Of a stretch of DNA of 64,000 bases, positions 39,193-52,513 are shown piece by piece. Source of the DNA: Octopus sinensis (lineage: Eukaryota); NCBI RefSeq assembly GCF_006345805.1, contig NC_043006.1:21948001-22012000 (forward strand). The letters run 5' to 3'. Position 1 is the first letter of the stretch; every line of letters begins with the position of its first letter. Position numbers and translations under genes: made by a program. A model generated the notes under the pieces. It was not told the origin of the DNA, searched no databases, and saw nothing but the letters and a program-made list of their open reading frames with translations.

Positions 39193-39577
39193 TCTCTCTC
39201 TCTACAAACGGCAGTTTGTCTGTGTGTGTTTCTGTGTGTCTGTTTGCTTCTACCCTCACTCTGACCACGGCTTTCAACCGATTCTGATGAAACTTGACAC
39301 ACACATAGCCCAATGTCATAATTCAAAACTAACGCAGCGTAAATTTTGAAAAGTTCCCCCAGTTCTGAAAAAAGATCGATAAATTCGACATGGGGTCGAC
39401 AATCAGAAACACAAACCACAGATGGTCTAGGGGGCGCAACTCGACCTTTTTAACTATCAAAAAAAATTTACCATAGTTTTTTTCCCCATTTTTTTGCTAT
39501 TTTTTGGCTATAACTCTCTAAAAATGCTTTATAGTTATTTCCCTTACAAACCGAGCAACGCCGGGCGATACTGCTAG
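39193..39577 (+). mobile_element. Non-autonomous Helitron, second subfamily
   Basis: A|TC start, hairpin + CTAG|T end. Confidence 0.8.
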
Positions 39578-39589
39578 TATATATATATA

Positions 39590-39674
<85 letters not shown>

Positions 39675-40895
39675 ACATACACATATATGTATGTATATGT
39701 ATATATATATGTATATATGTACACACACATATATATATAAAATATATATATATATATATATACATATGTACATAACTACATATATATGTACATATACATG
39801 CATATATGGGTACAGGACATAAAAAAACGTTGAATACAATGAAAAACGAAAACATAAGTACAAAAACATAGAAACGAACTTTTATTCGAACAACGAATAA
39901 AATTAGAGAAACGAGACATACAACATAAAGAATATTCCCCTTCTTCAGTTGTCCATGTTTCATTTACTCCGCGTTACGAAAGTAAGGAGAAGACGCGACT
40001 TCGTTGAAACAGTCCTTCCCGCAAAGCAAATTAAATAAAACATTTTTTTTATTTGCAGCGTGTGAAAGTTGTAACAAGAACAGAACAGTGAGAACAAAAT
40101 AGCAAAAACAAACGTCGAGGGCTGTTAAGTCAAGACGATAGAAATATTCTTCTGAACGCTAGGAGGACGAGCTTATGAAGGAGACAGTATAAGCACGCTG
40201 TTGTCTTTACGAAGGAAGTAGTCAGAAAGATAGATTCTCTTTCGTCACGTGTCAGCGACGAGAGAGTCGAGGAGGAGGATTGAGAGAGAGGAGAAGAATA
40301 GGGAAGAATAGGGAGACAAAGCCAGAAAGGATGAAGAACAAGAGAGGGAGAGAGATAGACAGGGAAGAGATAGTAAAGATAGAAGAGTGCGCATTGTAAT
40401 TATTAAAATAAAACTTACTTGGAAAAGGATTCGTGGCGTTCGACCATATAATAATATAAATAATATATGCATATATACATACATATATGTACATACAAAG
40501 CTGTCAGATTTGAGCCGTTGCACGAATTTATATCAACATCTCGTAGTTTGTGTTTCCACTCTTTTGCAAGAATTCGGGAACATTTCCGGTTTTCTCCACT
40601 TACAGTTTTACACACACTTATCTTGAGCTCTGACAAGATCGTATGAAATCCTGTGAGAGGTGATGGGTTCTGTTTTCCCTCAGTACTGAACAGTTTTTCT
40701 TTCGAAAAAGCTAACCTACCTAAGTGGAATAATTAATCGGTGAAACATAAGACACGCTTGAACATTATTATATCTATGTACTTCAGCTTGTCATAAACAA
40801 TGGACGCTCAATGAATAGTCATGACAGTGCAATGCAAAGAGAAATGTTCTTTCAACTTTGCATTTATAGATAATATGAGAGATTGCTAAATGTCC

Positions 40896-40987
40896 GCCCG
40901 CATAGCTCAGTCGGTAGAGCATCAGACTTTTATAGGTCAACCTTAGAAGTAATCTGAGGGTCGCGGGTTCAAGTCCCTCTGCGGGCG
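40896..40987 (+). tRNA. tRNA-Lys-TTT: tRNA-Lys(UUU) with 19-nt intron
   Basis: Consensus exons and intron; T7 downstream. Confidence 0.95.
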
Positions 40988-41143
40988 TAACCTTTTTTTA
41001 CTTTATTGTGTCGTTTATCTCTTCCGTGAGGCTATGAATTTATTCATGTCTGTTTATTAGTTTTTTTCTATTGTTTGTATATCTTTTATGTTTTTGAAAT
41101 GAGGGGCTATTTACATCCGTGTCTGCTAACATTCCCTTCTCTA

Positions 41144-41180
<37 letters not shown>

Positions 41181-41194
41181 CTCTATATATATAT

Positions 41195-41237
<43 letters not shown>

Positions 41238-41939
41238 TATATATACACATACATTCATACACACAGATATATCCTTAGTAAATCATAAATCCGAAAGGAA
41301 GCATATTCAAAGTCATACACCTTTAGAGTATTCACACATATCAGTTATGGCAGGTTGACGGTGAAATTGTTTAAAATGATGTAGACGATGTCTGAGATAA
41401 TCTTACCTCATCTTGCTGCTCTCTGCACTCCAGAATGTCACTTCCTCTTCCGTTGAATCATGATGGTTTCTTCCACAGACACCGGCAAATCCAATATTGA
41501 GATGCACAGGCAGGTAAATTCTAATAATAAGGTAATTAACCCAAAGCTGAAACGTTGTCAGGTGCTGCTATGACGCATTACAATTGAACTCGGATCAACA
41601 GTGTCTAAGAGTTAGCTCCTCAATCCTCCTAATCCGGCAACATCTGAATATGGGATTTGACGGTTTCTGTGGAAGAAACCTTCATGGTTCAACGGAAGGG
41701 GAAGTGACATTCTGGAGTGCAGAGAGCAAGATGAGGTAAGATTATCTCAGCCATTGACTACATCAGTCACCGTTCACAAACGTTTTCACCTGGTCTTGCT
41801 TCTGGATTGAAAATAGTCACGGATATGAGAGAGGGAATGGTTGACAAGATGCAAATCTTCGTCTTAAACAAATTCACCGCACAAGTCATCAGTCACCTAT
41901 AAATATGAGTAGAGCGTCCACGTCGGTCTAAAAGATGAA

Positions 41940-42000
<61 letters not shown>

Positions 42001-42392
42001 GTAAAAAAAAAAAATACAAACTGGGACAGGAACGCAAAACATTTAGAAGACGATACAAAAAACACGGACGGGACATTCGAAGCCTTCAATCTTCAGTCAA
42101 GAACCGGATCATCTTCGCAATTTCGGCTGATTAATCTTGAGATTGCTCCGATCTGGCCACCTCCAAAGGAAAATCTAAGCAAGCGCATTAGATTCCTTGG
42201 AAGAAGCCTCGAATGTATACAAAACAAGGACGGAAAACAGGACGATGTTACACGAATAAAAATACAAAAATACGTAAAAACAATAATGATAACACGAATA
42301 AGAATACAAAAATACGTAAAAACAATAATGATAATAATAATAACAACAAAAACAGGACATCACAGACAAGCGTCTTTTCGACAGGACGAGTA

Positions 42393-42432
<40 letters not shown>

Positions 42433-42679
42433 AGAGTTTACGAAGAAAACAAAAGACGAAGATAGGTGGTGTATAAAACAAATAGATGTATTAGTATAAC
42501 GCTCAGGAATAGAAAAAGTCTTTTACGTTTCGAGCCTACGCTCTTCTACACAAAGGGACACAGAAAAAACAAGGAGAGAAAAAAAAATATATGTAGCGAA
42601 TCTTGCACGCATGAAGTGGATTCGATCGACCACACTCAAATTTAAATTAATTTCACCATACTTAAATTTAAATTAATTT

Positions 42680-42733
42680 CTTCTAAGGCTGACCTATAAA
42701 AGCCTGAAGCTCTACCGATTAAGCTATGCGGGC
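42680..42733 (-). pseudogene. tRNA-Lys 5' half plus most of intron
   Basis: Reverse complement GCCCGCATAGCTTAATCGGTAGAGCTTCAGGCTTTTATAGGTCAGCCTTAGAAG; 3' exon absent; upstream flank matches the other copies. Confidence 0.85.
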
Positions 42734-43073
42734 GAAAAGCTACGTTGGTCTCATATTATCTACAAAAGCAAAGTCGATAGAACGTTTCTCTTTGTATTGC
42801 AGTGTGATGGCAATTTATTGAGCGTCTCTTATTTATGACTAACTGAAGTACATATAATATAATAATCTCGAAGTGTATTTTATGTTTCACCGATTAATTC
42901 TAGGTAGGTTAGCACTTTTTAAAAGAAAAGCCAATTAATACTGAGAAAAGCAGAACTCGTCACTTCTTACAGGATTTCATACGATTTTATGAGAGCGTGG
43001 AAAACTGAAATACAAAAGGAAATGTTCTTTGAACTTAGGTTTTATAGATAATATGACAACTGGCAACGTGTCC

Positions 43074-43165
43074 GCCCGCATAGCTCAGTCGGTAGAGCAT
43101 CAGACTTTTATAGGTCAACCTTAGAAGTAATCTGAGGGTCGCGGGTTCGAGTCCCTCTGCGGGCG
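43074..43165 (+). tRNA. tRNA-Lys-TTT: tRNA-Lys(UUU) with 19-nt intron
   Basis: Consensus exons and intron; T4 downstream. Confidence 0.95.
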
Positions 43166-43477
43166 TATGAAACTTTTGCTTTATTTAATCTTTTTACTTT
43201 ATTGTATCGTTTATCTCTTCCGTGAGGCTATGATTTCGTCTGAAGTTTTACGATGAATTCGTTCATGTCTGTTTATTAGCTTTTTTTTTATTGTCTCTAT
43301 ATTGTTTGTTTTTGAAATTAGAGTGTATGTACATCCGTGTCTGCTAACGTGCCTCGGAAATTATATACATATATATGTGTTTAAAGGGAAAGTTTACGAA
43401 AATGAAAACAAAAGACGAAGACAGGTGGTGTACAAAACAAACAGATCTATAAGTATAGCGCTCAGGAATAGAAAAAG

Positions 43478-43515
43478 TCTTGTACGTTTCGAGCCAACGC
43501 TCTTCTACAGAAAGA
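43478..43515 (-). ncRNA. Hammerhead-like motif with CUGUNGA core variant
   Basis: Reverse complement TCTTT-CTGTAGA-A-GAGC-GTTG-GCTC-GAAA-CGT-A-CAAGA; a further damaged copy lies at 42519-42556. Confidence 0.45.
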
Positions 43516-45070
43516 TACACAGAAAAAAACAAGGAGAGAAAAAAAGTGTGTGTAGTAGCTAACGATCTATCATGGCGTCTATATGTGTGTGTATAATATA
43601 TATAATATATATAATTATATATATGTACACACACACACACATGTATATACACACACAGACGCACACACAAGCATGCACACACATTCACACACAGATACAT
43701 CCCGAGTAAATCATAAATCCGAAAGGAAGCATTTTCTAAGTCATACACCAGTAGCGTATTCACAGAATATTAGTTATGGCAGGTTCACAGGGTTACCCAG
43801 TGTTTAGCATTCATAAGGCGCTTACTTTTTTCACCCCTAAATATTTATAATTGTATATAAATTCATTAGTTTACTATAATTAATTAGTTTCTTTTGCATA
43901 TTCTTAGCTTATGCATGTGTATGCAAATATAGCATTGGTATATCCCATTTATTTTCATTAGAAATTAAATAAATAAAGAATTTTGACATGTACTAATATT
44001 TATTTCCCCCTTCCATTAAAACATGATGATTTCTTGCACAGACACCGCCAAATCCCATAGTCAGATGCACAGACAGGTGAACTCTAATAATCTAAATGAA
44101 CCCAAAGCTGAGACTTTGTCAGGTGATACTACGCCGCATTAGAATTGAACTCGGGTCAACAGTGTCTAAGAGGCAGTTCCAGGATCCTCATAATCCTGGA
44201 ACATCTGGAGTAGGGTCACAATACCTGATACATATCCGTGACAATCTCCGTAACACTGGATCTCCTGAGCCAAGTCTCCAATATCGGGTACAGTATAAAG
44301 CTATACCCAAGGCAATGGCGTCGTCGCTGGTTGTAGCAGGAGCAATCGTCTGACGCTGGAACTGGAACATGTTGAGTAGCTCTGTGGTCACTGACTAGAC
44401 CTTAGAAGGTCTGGAGTCAAAGACCAAGTATACTGAGAACAATCCTTTATATACAAGAAAGGTGGCTCAACAGAGCCTATGAAAAGGGACCTTAACCAAA
44501 GGCCGTGATTGGTTGGCTTTGGACAGTGGAGCGAAATAAGTAGAGACAAATCGCGCCACATGTCAACCAATCAATTCAGTGGACACAACAGGAACAACTC
44601 GGCCAAAGATAGCTGTAATCTCAAACGAGATCATTCCTGCCGTGTCTCTCAAACAGTGAGGGTGTCAGATATCGCTACACATACATGGAGTTATATATGT
44701 ACACTCGTACCATAGACTCTCCCGTCGTTAGATGACGTATGAGGGTTCGGCAAGAAATTGCGAAGCCATCACATAGACGATTTGTTTATAGTGATCAAAT
44801 GTTTGTGTTCATATAAGCTCACTTGCTCCATCTAAGTGACATTACCTGTACAGGTGCACCATGTCTACCATGTTATATGACGAAATGATCGCAGAGCAAC
44901 GTGAAATGAAGTGCTTTGCTCAAGAACACAACGCAACACCTGGTCTGGGAATCGAACTCACGATCTCGCAGTCATGAGTGCAACACCCTAACCACTAAGT
45001 CATGCGCCTACTTACTTATACATACATACATACATTGTCTATGTATGTATATATAAATATGTGTATGTAT

Positions 45071-45117
<47 letters not shown>

Positions 45118-45470
45118 GTATATACATATATACACACACACACACACACACATATCTGTAAATGTAATATGTGACAATTATTCGGTCAATCACGCAGTAA
45201 TTTCCCTTTGTATAACGGTCATTTTTCATAGCATTTTCCCGATGGCCGGCTAACTGAAGAGATGGCGGCGTGGTTTTCCACCTCGGCATCCGAGACTCGG
45301 AGTTTTATCATGGCTACCGAATAATTGTCACATATTACATTTACAGATAAATTTCTCTATTTACATAATATCGAGGTCTCTTTCTTTTGTTGTCGTACCA
45401 TTTTTATCAATATATATATATCAGTAATATTAAGTCCCTGAGGGAGAATTAAACAGTAGCAGTACCACAT

Positions 45471-45894
45471 CGTGATGTATATTTGCCATCTAAATGTGGT
45501 TGACCCATATGGGACGATGCTACTGTAGTTTATAACCCCAGGAAGACATCTCCTCCAGCTGGCTAACGACACACTGTCTGTGCTCGATCAGTATTGACGA
45601 AGGTTAATCATCGTTTCCATCTTCAGCCTGATGGGATACAGACGGATCCGGGTTTCAGAGTAGCAACCCATCATAAGCGTGTGACAATCACTGGCTTGGG
45701 ATGAGAATGGAAACCCGGGTCCATGTGCATCCCGTCAAGCTGGGGCTGGGAACGATTATTTCCCTTCGCAAATACTGATCGAGCACAGACATGTGTCGTT
45801 AGCCAGCCGGAGGAGATGTCTTCCTCGGGCTATAAACTACAGTAGCATCGTTCCATATGGGTCAGCCACATTTAGGTGGCAAATATACTTCATG
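45471..45894. repeat. Imperfect inverted repeat, ~185-bp arms
   Basis: GTATATTTGCCATCTAAATGTGG...CCGGGTTTC / GAAACCCGG...CCACATTTAGGTGGCAAATATAC. Confidence 0.88.
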
Positions 45895-45895
45895 G

Positions 45896-45939
<44 letters not shown>

Positions 45940-46660
45940 TATAGTGTACCTGTTCTCACTGCTTGATATTTGCGTATATGCAGTAATACTGCACTTTACG
46001 AGGACCCGCTTTACGAGATCCAGGATTTTTTAGTTTTATTATATCTATATATATAACTCAACTTGTGGGTCTGTGTGTGTATCTGTGTGTGTGTCTGTGT
46101 GTTTAACTTCTCGGTACATCTCCTCCTAGCCAACAAATCGTAGAACCACCAAACATGGGTCACTTAAAGTTTAAGCGAATGAAAATTGAACTGCGCTATT
46201 TCTGTTCCGAAGTTCATTTCGCAAGTGCAAAAATCGATAATGTGTTTGTTTAGGCCTTATCCCATGCATTGAATAGTGAACTTTACTCAGTCGGCTGTTT
46301 GACGTGAACTGTGTTCACCACGCGTGCAAGCATGCGTAAATTGCATGAAAAATAAAACATCAAGATATAAAAAGGAATCGCCGTAAACATTGTAGAAATT
46401 CGTCAAAGAAATGAATTTTCGGGATGTAGCCTGATTCACATTCCGACGGATTTGCTTTTTTTAAAAAAAAGCTAACATATCTCAATGGAGGAATTGGTGG
46501 TGGTGCATGAAATACAACCGTAATTTATGCCCCGTATATTTTACATTTCAGTTTGTCATCAACAACAGATTGTATGAATAAATTGTCATTGCATTACAAT
46601 ACATAAGCACCTTTTATCACTCTTGCTTTTATAGACAATATATGCCGCAATTTTCTGTCC

Positions 46661-46752
46661 GCCCGCATAGCTCAGTCGGTAGAGCATCAGACTTTTATAG
46701 GTCAACCTTAGAAGTAATCTGAGGGTCGCGGGTTCGAGTCCTTCTGCGGGCG
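46661..46752 (+). tRNA. tRNA-Lys-TTT: tRNA-Lys(UUU) with 19-nt intron, C63T variant
   Basis: Consensus except G51-U63 wobble. Confidence 0.9.
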
Positions 46753-48457
46753 CATAGTTTATTTTAGTTCAGCCTACATGCAGTTTTAATCTCTTGAAAA
46801 TTAGTATTGAGTTGGAATCTAAACAAGCTAAGCATTGGGGTTGATTCAGTTGACTAATCCTCTCTCCTCTTGAAATTCCGGCCATGTGAAAAAATTTGAA
46901 ATCCATTTTTGTAAGTTTATTGACATTTATTCAAGTTTATTGACGATTTTTGTGTTTAAATATATGTTAGTATGCGTGTGTGGTATCCATATATGCATAA
47001 ATAAGAATTGAAATGTGTGTGGCTGCATGGAGCGAAGTTATTTCAGTAAGATTAATTTTGGAAGAGATTGTGCGCGAATTTTTCGATTTGGTTCTGTCGC
47101 AGTTATCAGATAACTGTAACGCCAACACACGGAGCATATTTGTGGTCGATAGATCTACAACTAACCGCAGCGAAAACTCTAAAAACTCTCACAATACCAT
47201 TTTCATGCACAGTAGACTTCATAGTATATACTCCTATGAGTGTGTGTTTGTGTATGTAAAGAAGCGTAGTATAAAATATGGATTCAGAGAATCGTGCAGA
47301 ACTCACAGTAAACTTTCCCCTTCAAAATCGGCAATTAGTTTAAATAGAAATCAAGTACCACGTAGTGTATTGTAATGTATTCGTGTAACTCAAAATGCAG
47401 GATATCCGGACAATGAATTTTTCTGCGAGGACTAAATAAAGCATACAGTCAGGAGGTATGAGGTCGACTTTGCCTTTCATCTTTTCGGGGTCGATAAATT
47501 AAGTACCAGTTACGCACTGGGGACGATGTAATCGACTCAAAACCTATGTCTGTCCTTGTTTGTCCCCTCTATGTTTAGCCCCAGAAATAGGTATGAGAGG
47601 CGAAGACAGATTTATAGTTCCAGATGATAACAGCCGTTTCGTAACCTACTTCATATAGTATTATTAATTTTCAGTATGCGAAATTAGATGTACGCTATAT
47701 GCTTCTTTTTCTTCCGTTTTAGTGTGTGCGAGTGTGAGTAGAGTTTCTCATTTTAAAGTGAGAGTCTATGTTTGTCGAACTGTATTGATGCTTATATGTA
47801 TTGGTGAGTTGACAGTATCGTTAGCACAACGGACAGAACGCTTAGCGGCATTTCTCCTGCCTCTTTAGATTCTCATTTCACATTCCGCCGAGGTCGACTT
47901 TGCCTTTCATTATTCCGGCGTCGATAAAATAAAGGATCAGTGGAAAACTAGGTTTGCTGTAAACTGACTGTAACCGCCCCTAAAATTGCAGGATTTGAGC
48001 CAAAATCTGAAACAATTTTCTATAAATTTATACACGCTATTAAGCGTATTTGTATATAATATGTGTATGTATATATATGTGTGTGAGAGTGTGTGTCTAT
48101 GTGCGTGTGTGTTTGTGCATGTGTGCACTTGCGGTTGTTGTGTATGTATGTGTGTGGCTGTATGGAGCGAAGATTATTTCGGTAGGTTTAATTTTGGAAA
48201 AGGATGGATTGAGAATATGCACGAGCGTTTCGATTTGGTTCTGTCGCAGTTGTCAGATAACTCTAGCACCAACAGACGGGTCGATATTCGTGGTCGATCG
48301 ATCGGCAACTAACTGCAGCGAAGTCTCTCTAAAACTCTCAAAATGCCATTTTCATTCACATTAAATGTCATTGTATTACAGTCCTGAATAAACATGATAT
48401 TCACGGTTGGAATGTGTTTGATTATAAGTTTATTGGCTTAGGTATGACACGGGTGGA

Positions 48458-48694
48458 AGGCGGCGAGCTGGCAGGAATGTTAGCATGCCGGGCGAAATGC
48501 GTAGCCGCATTTCGTCTGTCGTTACGTTGTGAGTTCAAGTTCCGCCGAGGTCGACTTTGCCTTTCATCCTTTCAGGGTCGATTAAATAAGTACCAGTTAC
48601 GCACTGGGGTCGATATAATCGACTTAATAACTGTGTCTGTCCTTGTTTGTCCCCTCTGTGTTTAGCCCCTTGTGGGTAATAAATGAATAGGTAT
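48458..48694 (+). mobile_element. SINE family C, full length
   Basis: Colinear with 24098-24334. Confidence 0.8.
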
Positions 48695-49493
48695 GGCACT
48701 GTGCGAAAACAAAAATTTCTTAAATACCAGGTCTATTCCACATGAATATGTAAAAATTTCAGTTAATTGTTCTTAAGGCTGTCAACTTCCTTGCTTGGAT
48801 TTGGCTTCATCCTGATAGCCCTGATAGGACTGCATTGCCTGTCGCCCTACATTTCCATCATCTTTTTAAAATAGAAGAATATGATTTGGCTGTAATTTAG
48901 GTGCATGTTGAGGAACGGTTACCATGTTAACGTTCCGTCGTTCATTCAAATTAAGAACTTTTACAATGTTGCTCTCTCTCTCCACCCCCTCTCTTTCTCT
49001 CTCTCTCTTATTTTGAGCTGTTAGAGGATGGGACACAGTGCTTTGCAGTATATGTTACAACGCACTGCACTCTTAGTTTAAATCCTGCTATTTCCTCCAT
49101 GAGTGGTAGATTTAAACCGTATCACGGTGTAATATCGTCATCTTGAACTTTGTGTGTCTTTAGCGGAGTTTACTCTATAGCTAGAAAACAGGCCACGTGT
49201 CCGGTTTTTCTCCCTTCTTCTCCCCCCACAAATTTCCGAGATCCTGTGTAAGGTCACTTGGACGGCTTCCCATCCTACTAAAAGAATAGTTTTTTGTTCA
49301 GAAAAACTAACGTATCGAAGTGGAAGAATTAATCAGTGCTGCATAAAATACTGGCGAACCTTTACTAACGTTCATTTCATACTTCAGTTCGTCGTAAGCA
49401 ACTGACGGTGAATGAACTGTCATCGCACAGCGCAATGAACAAAGCGTTATAAATCTTTCTTTTATGCATAATATAAAACGTGAGCGAGTGTCC

Positions 49494-49585
49494 GCCCGCA
49501 TAGCTCAGTCGGTAGAGCATCAGACTTTTATGTACTGACCTTGGAGGTTATCTGAGGGTCGCGGGTTCGAGTCCCTCTGCGGGCG
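49494..49585 (+). tRNA. tRNA-Lys-TTT: tRNA-Lys(UUU) with divergent 19-nt intron (TGTACTGACCTTGGAGGTT)
   Basis: Consensus exons, diverged intron, T4 downstream. Confidence 0.94.
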
Positions 49586-49996
49586 TATGTTAGTTTTGAA
49601 GGTTTTTACTCACAAGTCACGGTTTTAGTTTTATGTTAAGTTAAAACTTAAATGATCACCTCTCTCTTTATTCTGTAATTAGTGAAGAATTCTGTTGAAA
49701 ATTTTATTGGTCTGGCAAAATTCTCAGCAGTATTTCTTCCGCTTCTTTGTCTTCTGTGTTCAGATTTACCGATTTTGACTTTTCTTTTCGTTCTTTTGCT
49801 GTCGCTGAAATACAGTACCAGTTAAGGACTGGAGTCGATGCAGCCAAGTAACCCCCTTTAGTCTTCAAATTCCGGCATTGTAAAAAAATTTGAAACCTCT
49901 TTTTGTAATTTTATTGACGTGTTCAGGCGTATGTATAAATGTATGTTAGTAAGCGTGTGTGTGTATTCCTATATGCATAAATATGAATAGAAATAT

Positions 49997-50035
<39 letters not shown>

Positions 50036-50554
50036 CGCGCGTGTAAAAGAGTAGTATAAAATATGGATTCAGAGAATCATGCAGCACTCACAGTAAACTT
50101 TCCCCTTCGAAGTCGGCTATTAGTTTAAATAGAAATCAATTACCACCTAGTGTGATGTAATATATCCGTGTAACTGAAAACGCAGGAAATCCGAACAATG
50201 AATTTTTCTGCGAGGACTAAATAAAGCATACAGTGAGGCGGTATGAGAAGTGAAGACGGATTTATAATTCCAGATGATAACAGCCGTTTCGTAACCTATT
50301 AGATGTAGTATAATTAGTTTTCAGTATGCGAAATTGTATGTACGTTATATGCTTAAAAAAATTTTTTTTTCGTTTTAGTGTGTTTCTCATTTTAAAGTGA
50401 GGGTTTGTGCCAGTTATGTGTGCGGCAGAATGGAGCAAATTTATTTCAGTAGGATTCATTTTGGAAGAGGATGAACAGAGATGGTGCACAGCGCAATGAA
50501 CAAAGCCTTATCAATCTTGCTTTTATACATAATATAAAAAGCGAGCGAATGTCC

Positions 50555-50646
50555 GCCCGTATAGCTCAGTCGGTAGAGCATCAGGCTTTTATATAGTGAC
50601 TTTGGAGGTTTTCTGAGGGTCGCGGGTTCAAGTCCCTCTGCGGGCG
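50555..50646 (+). tRNA. tRNA-Lys-TTT: tRNA-Lys(UUU) variant with 19-nt intron (TATAGTGACTTTGGAGGTT)
   Basis: C6T and A31G (both wobble-compatible) and A38T; local duplicate of the 49494 unit. Confidence 0.7.
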
Positions 50647-51495
50647 TATGTTCGTTTTGAAGGTTTTTACTTACAAGTCACAGTTTTAATTTTATGTTAA
50701 GTTTTACGTCCACAAAATGATAACCTCTCTCTCTATTCTGTAATTTGTGAAGAATTCTGTTGATAATTTTATTGATCTGGCAAGCTATTTGTTTTCTTAG
50801 CCTCACTAATTGTTGAGTAAGTTCATTTATGTAAAAATATGAATATTTTAGCAAACTCCTAATCAAAGCAATGAAGAGTTGTCATAGAAAATGAAAAGAT
50901 CCGTCATAGAAACATCACATAGAAACATCACATATAACCAGGTGTGATATTACTCTTTGCTTATAATTCAATTTAGTTTTTTCGACAATTTCTTTGTTTT
51001 TGTATTTCATCAACTGGAAAAATTGTGACTGTAGGCAAAAAAAAAAAAAATGGAAAAAGAGTATTTCCTTTAAAAAAAATTCATGTTTCTGTGGTCCGAT
51101 TACTTCAAGTAATCATATGGAGGTGTTTTCATTGTTATTGTTTAGTGGAAAGTCAGTTCTGATCTAGCATAGCTACTCATTAGATGTTATATTGGAAAAG
51201 TATGCTAAGCTTCCGCCAGCTGGTTCCTCAACGCACTTCCGTGTACTGAATGAACGATATCATTTAATTTATGACATTCGACATTAATATCCAAAATGTT
51301 GGCTACCAGAGGAATGTATTATCGTCCGTTAAAAATACGATATCGTTTTTTTTTAAAAAATAATATACCTTGTCCATAGAATACTTTAGGTTTCATAAAC
51401 AATAGATTTATTAAGTGAATTGTTCTTGCAATTACAGGCCTCAAAATACGTTATCAGATTGTTTATCTATATAATGCAAGACGCATATTGTTGTC

Positions 51496-51587
51496 GCCCG
51501 CATAGCTCAGTCGGTAGAGCATCAGACTTTTATAGGTCAACCTTAGAAGTAATCTGAGGGTCGCGGGTTCGAGTCCCTCTGCGGGCG
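51496..51587 (+). tRNA. tRNA-Lys-TTT: tRNA-Lys(UUU) with 19-nt intron
   Basis: Consensus exons and intron; T10 downstream. Confidence 0.95.
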
Positions 51588-51719
51588 TATGATGCTTTTT
51601 TTTTTATGCGGGCGCATAGTTTATTTTAGTTCGTGGACCTATCAGCGTACATACAATTTTAATTTCTTGAAAATTAGTATTGAGTTGAAATCCAAACATT
51701 TCTTTTCTTTTTAAAATAT

Positions 51720-52131
51720 ACGTAGGAGTGGCTGTGTGGTAAGTAGCTTGCTTACCGACCACATGGTTCCGGGTTCAGTCCCACTGCGTGGCACCTTGGG
51801 CAAGTGTCTCCTACTGTAGCCTCGGGCCGACCAAAGCCTTGTGAGTGGATTTGGTAGACGGAAACTGAAAGAAGCCTGTCGTATATATATATATGTATAT
51901 GTGTGTGTGCGTGTATGTTTGTGTTTGTCCCCCTAGCATCGCTTGACAACCGATGCTGGTGTGTTTATATCCCTGTCACTTAGCGTTTCGGCAAAAAAAA
52001 AAACCGATAGAATAAGTACTGGGCTTACAAAAGAATAAGTCCCGGGGTCGAGTTGCTCGAGTAAAGGTGGTGCTCCAGCATGGCCACAGTCAAACGACTG
52101 AAACAAGTAAAAGAGTATAGAGTAAAGAGTA
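51720..52131 (+). mobile_element. SINE family B
   Basis: Full-length match. Confidence 0.85.
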
Positions 52132-52249
52132 TATTACCTGTTGCTTGGAAAAAGGTCGCGAGCTGATAGAGTTAGAATAACGAAACGAGCAAAAGACAAA
52201 AAAAAATTGTGCTGTTTCTTCAGACGCATTATATTTTTGACGAACTAAT

Positions 52250-52461
52250 CTCTTTTACTCTTTTACTTGTTTCAGTCATTTGACTGCGGCCATGCTGGAG
52301 CACCACCTTTAGTCGAGTAAATCCACCCCAGGACTTATTCTTTGTAAGCCCAGTACTTATTCTATCAGTCTATTTTGCCGAACCGCTAAGTTACGGGGAC
52401 GTAAACACACCAGCATCGGTTGTCAAGCGATGTTGGGGGAACAAACACAGACACACACAAT

Positions 52462-52513
<52 letters not shown>

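Larger units (their letters stand above)
35615..41945 (+). repeat. Local segmental duplication (~35615-37900 vs ~39905-41945), one tRNA per unit; inner tandem 37910-38365 vs 38720-39178
   Basis: Colinear sequence with scattered substitutions. Confidence 0.88.
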
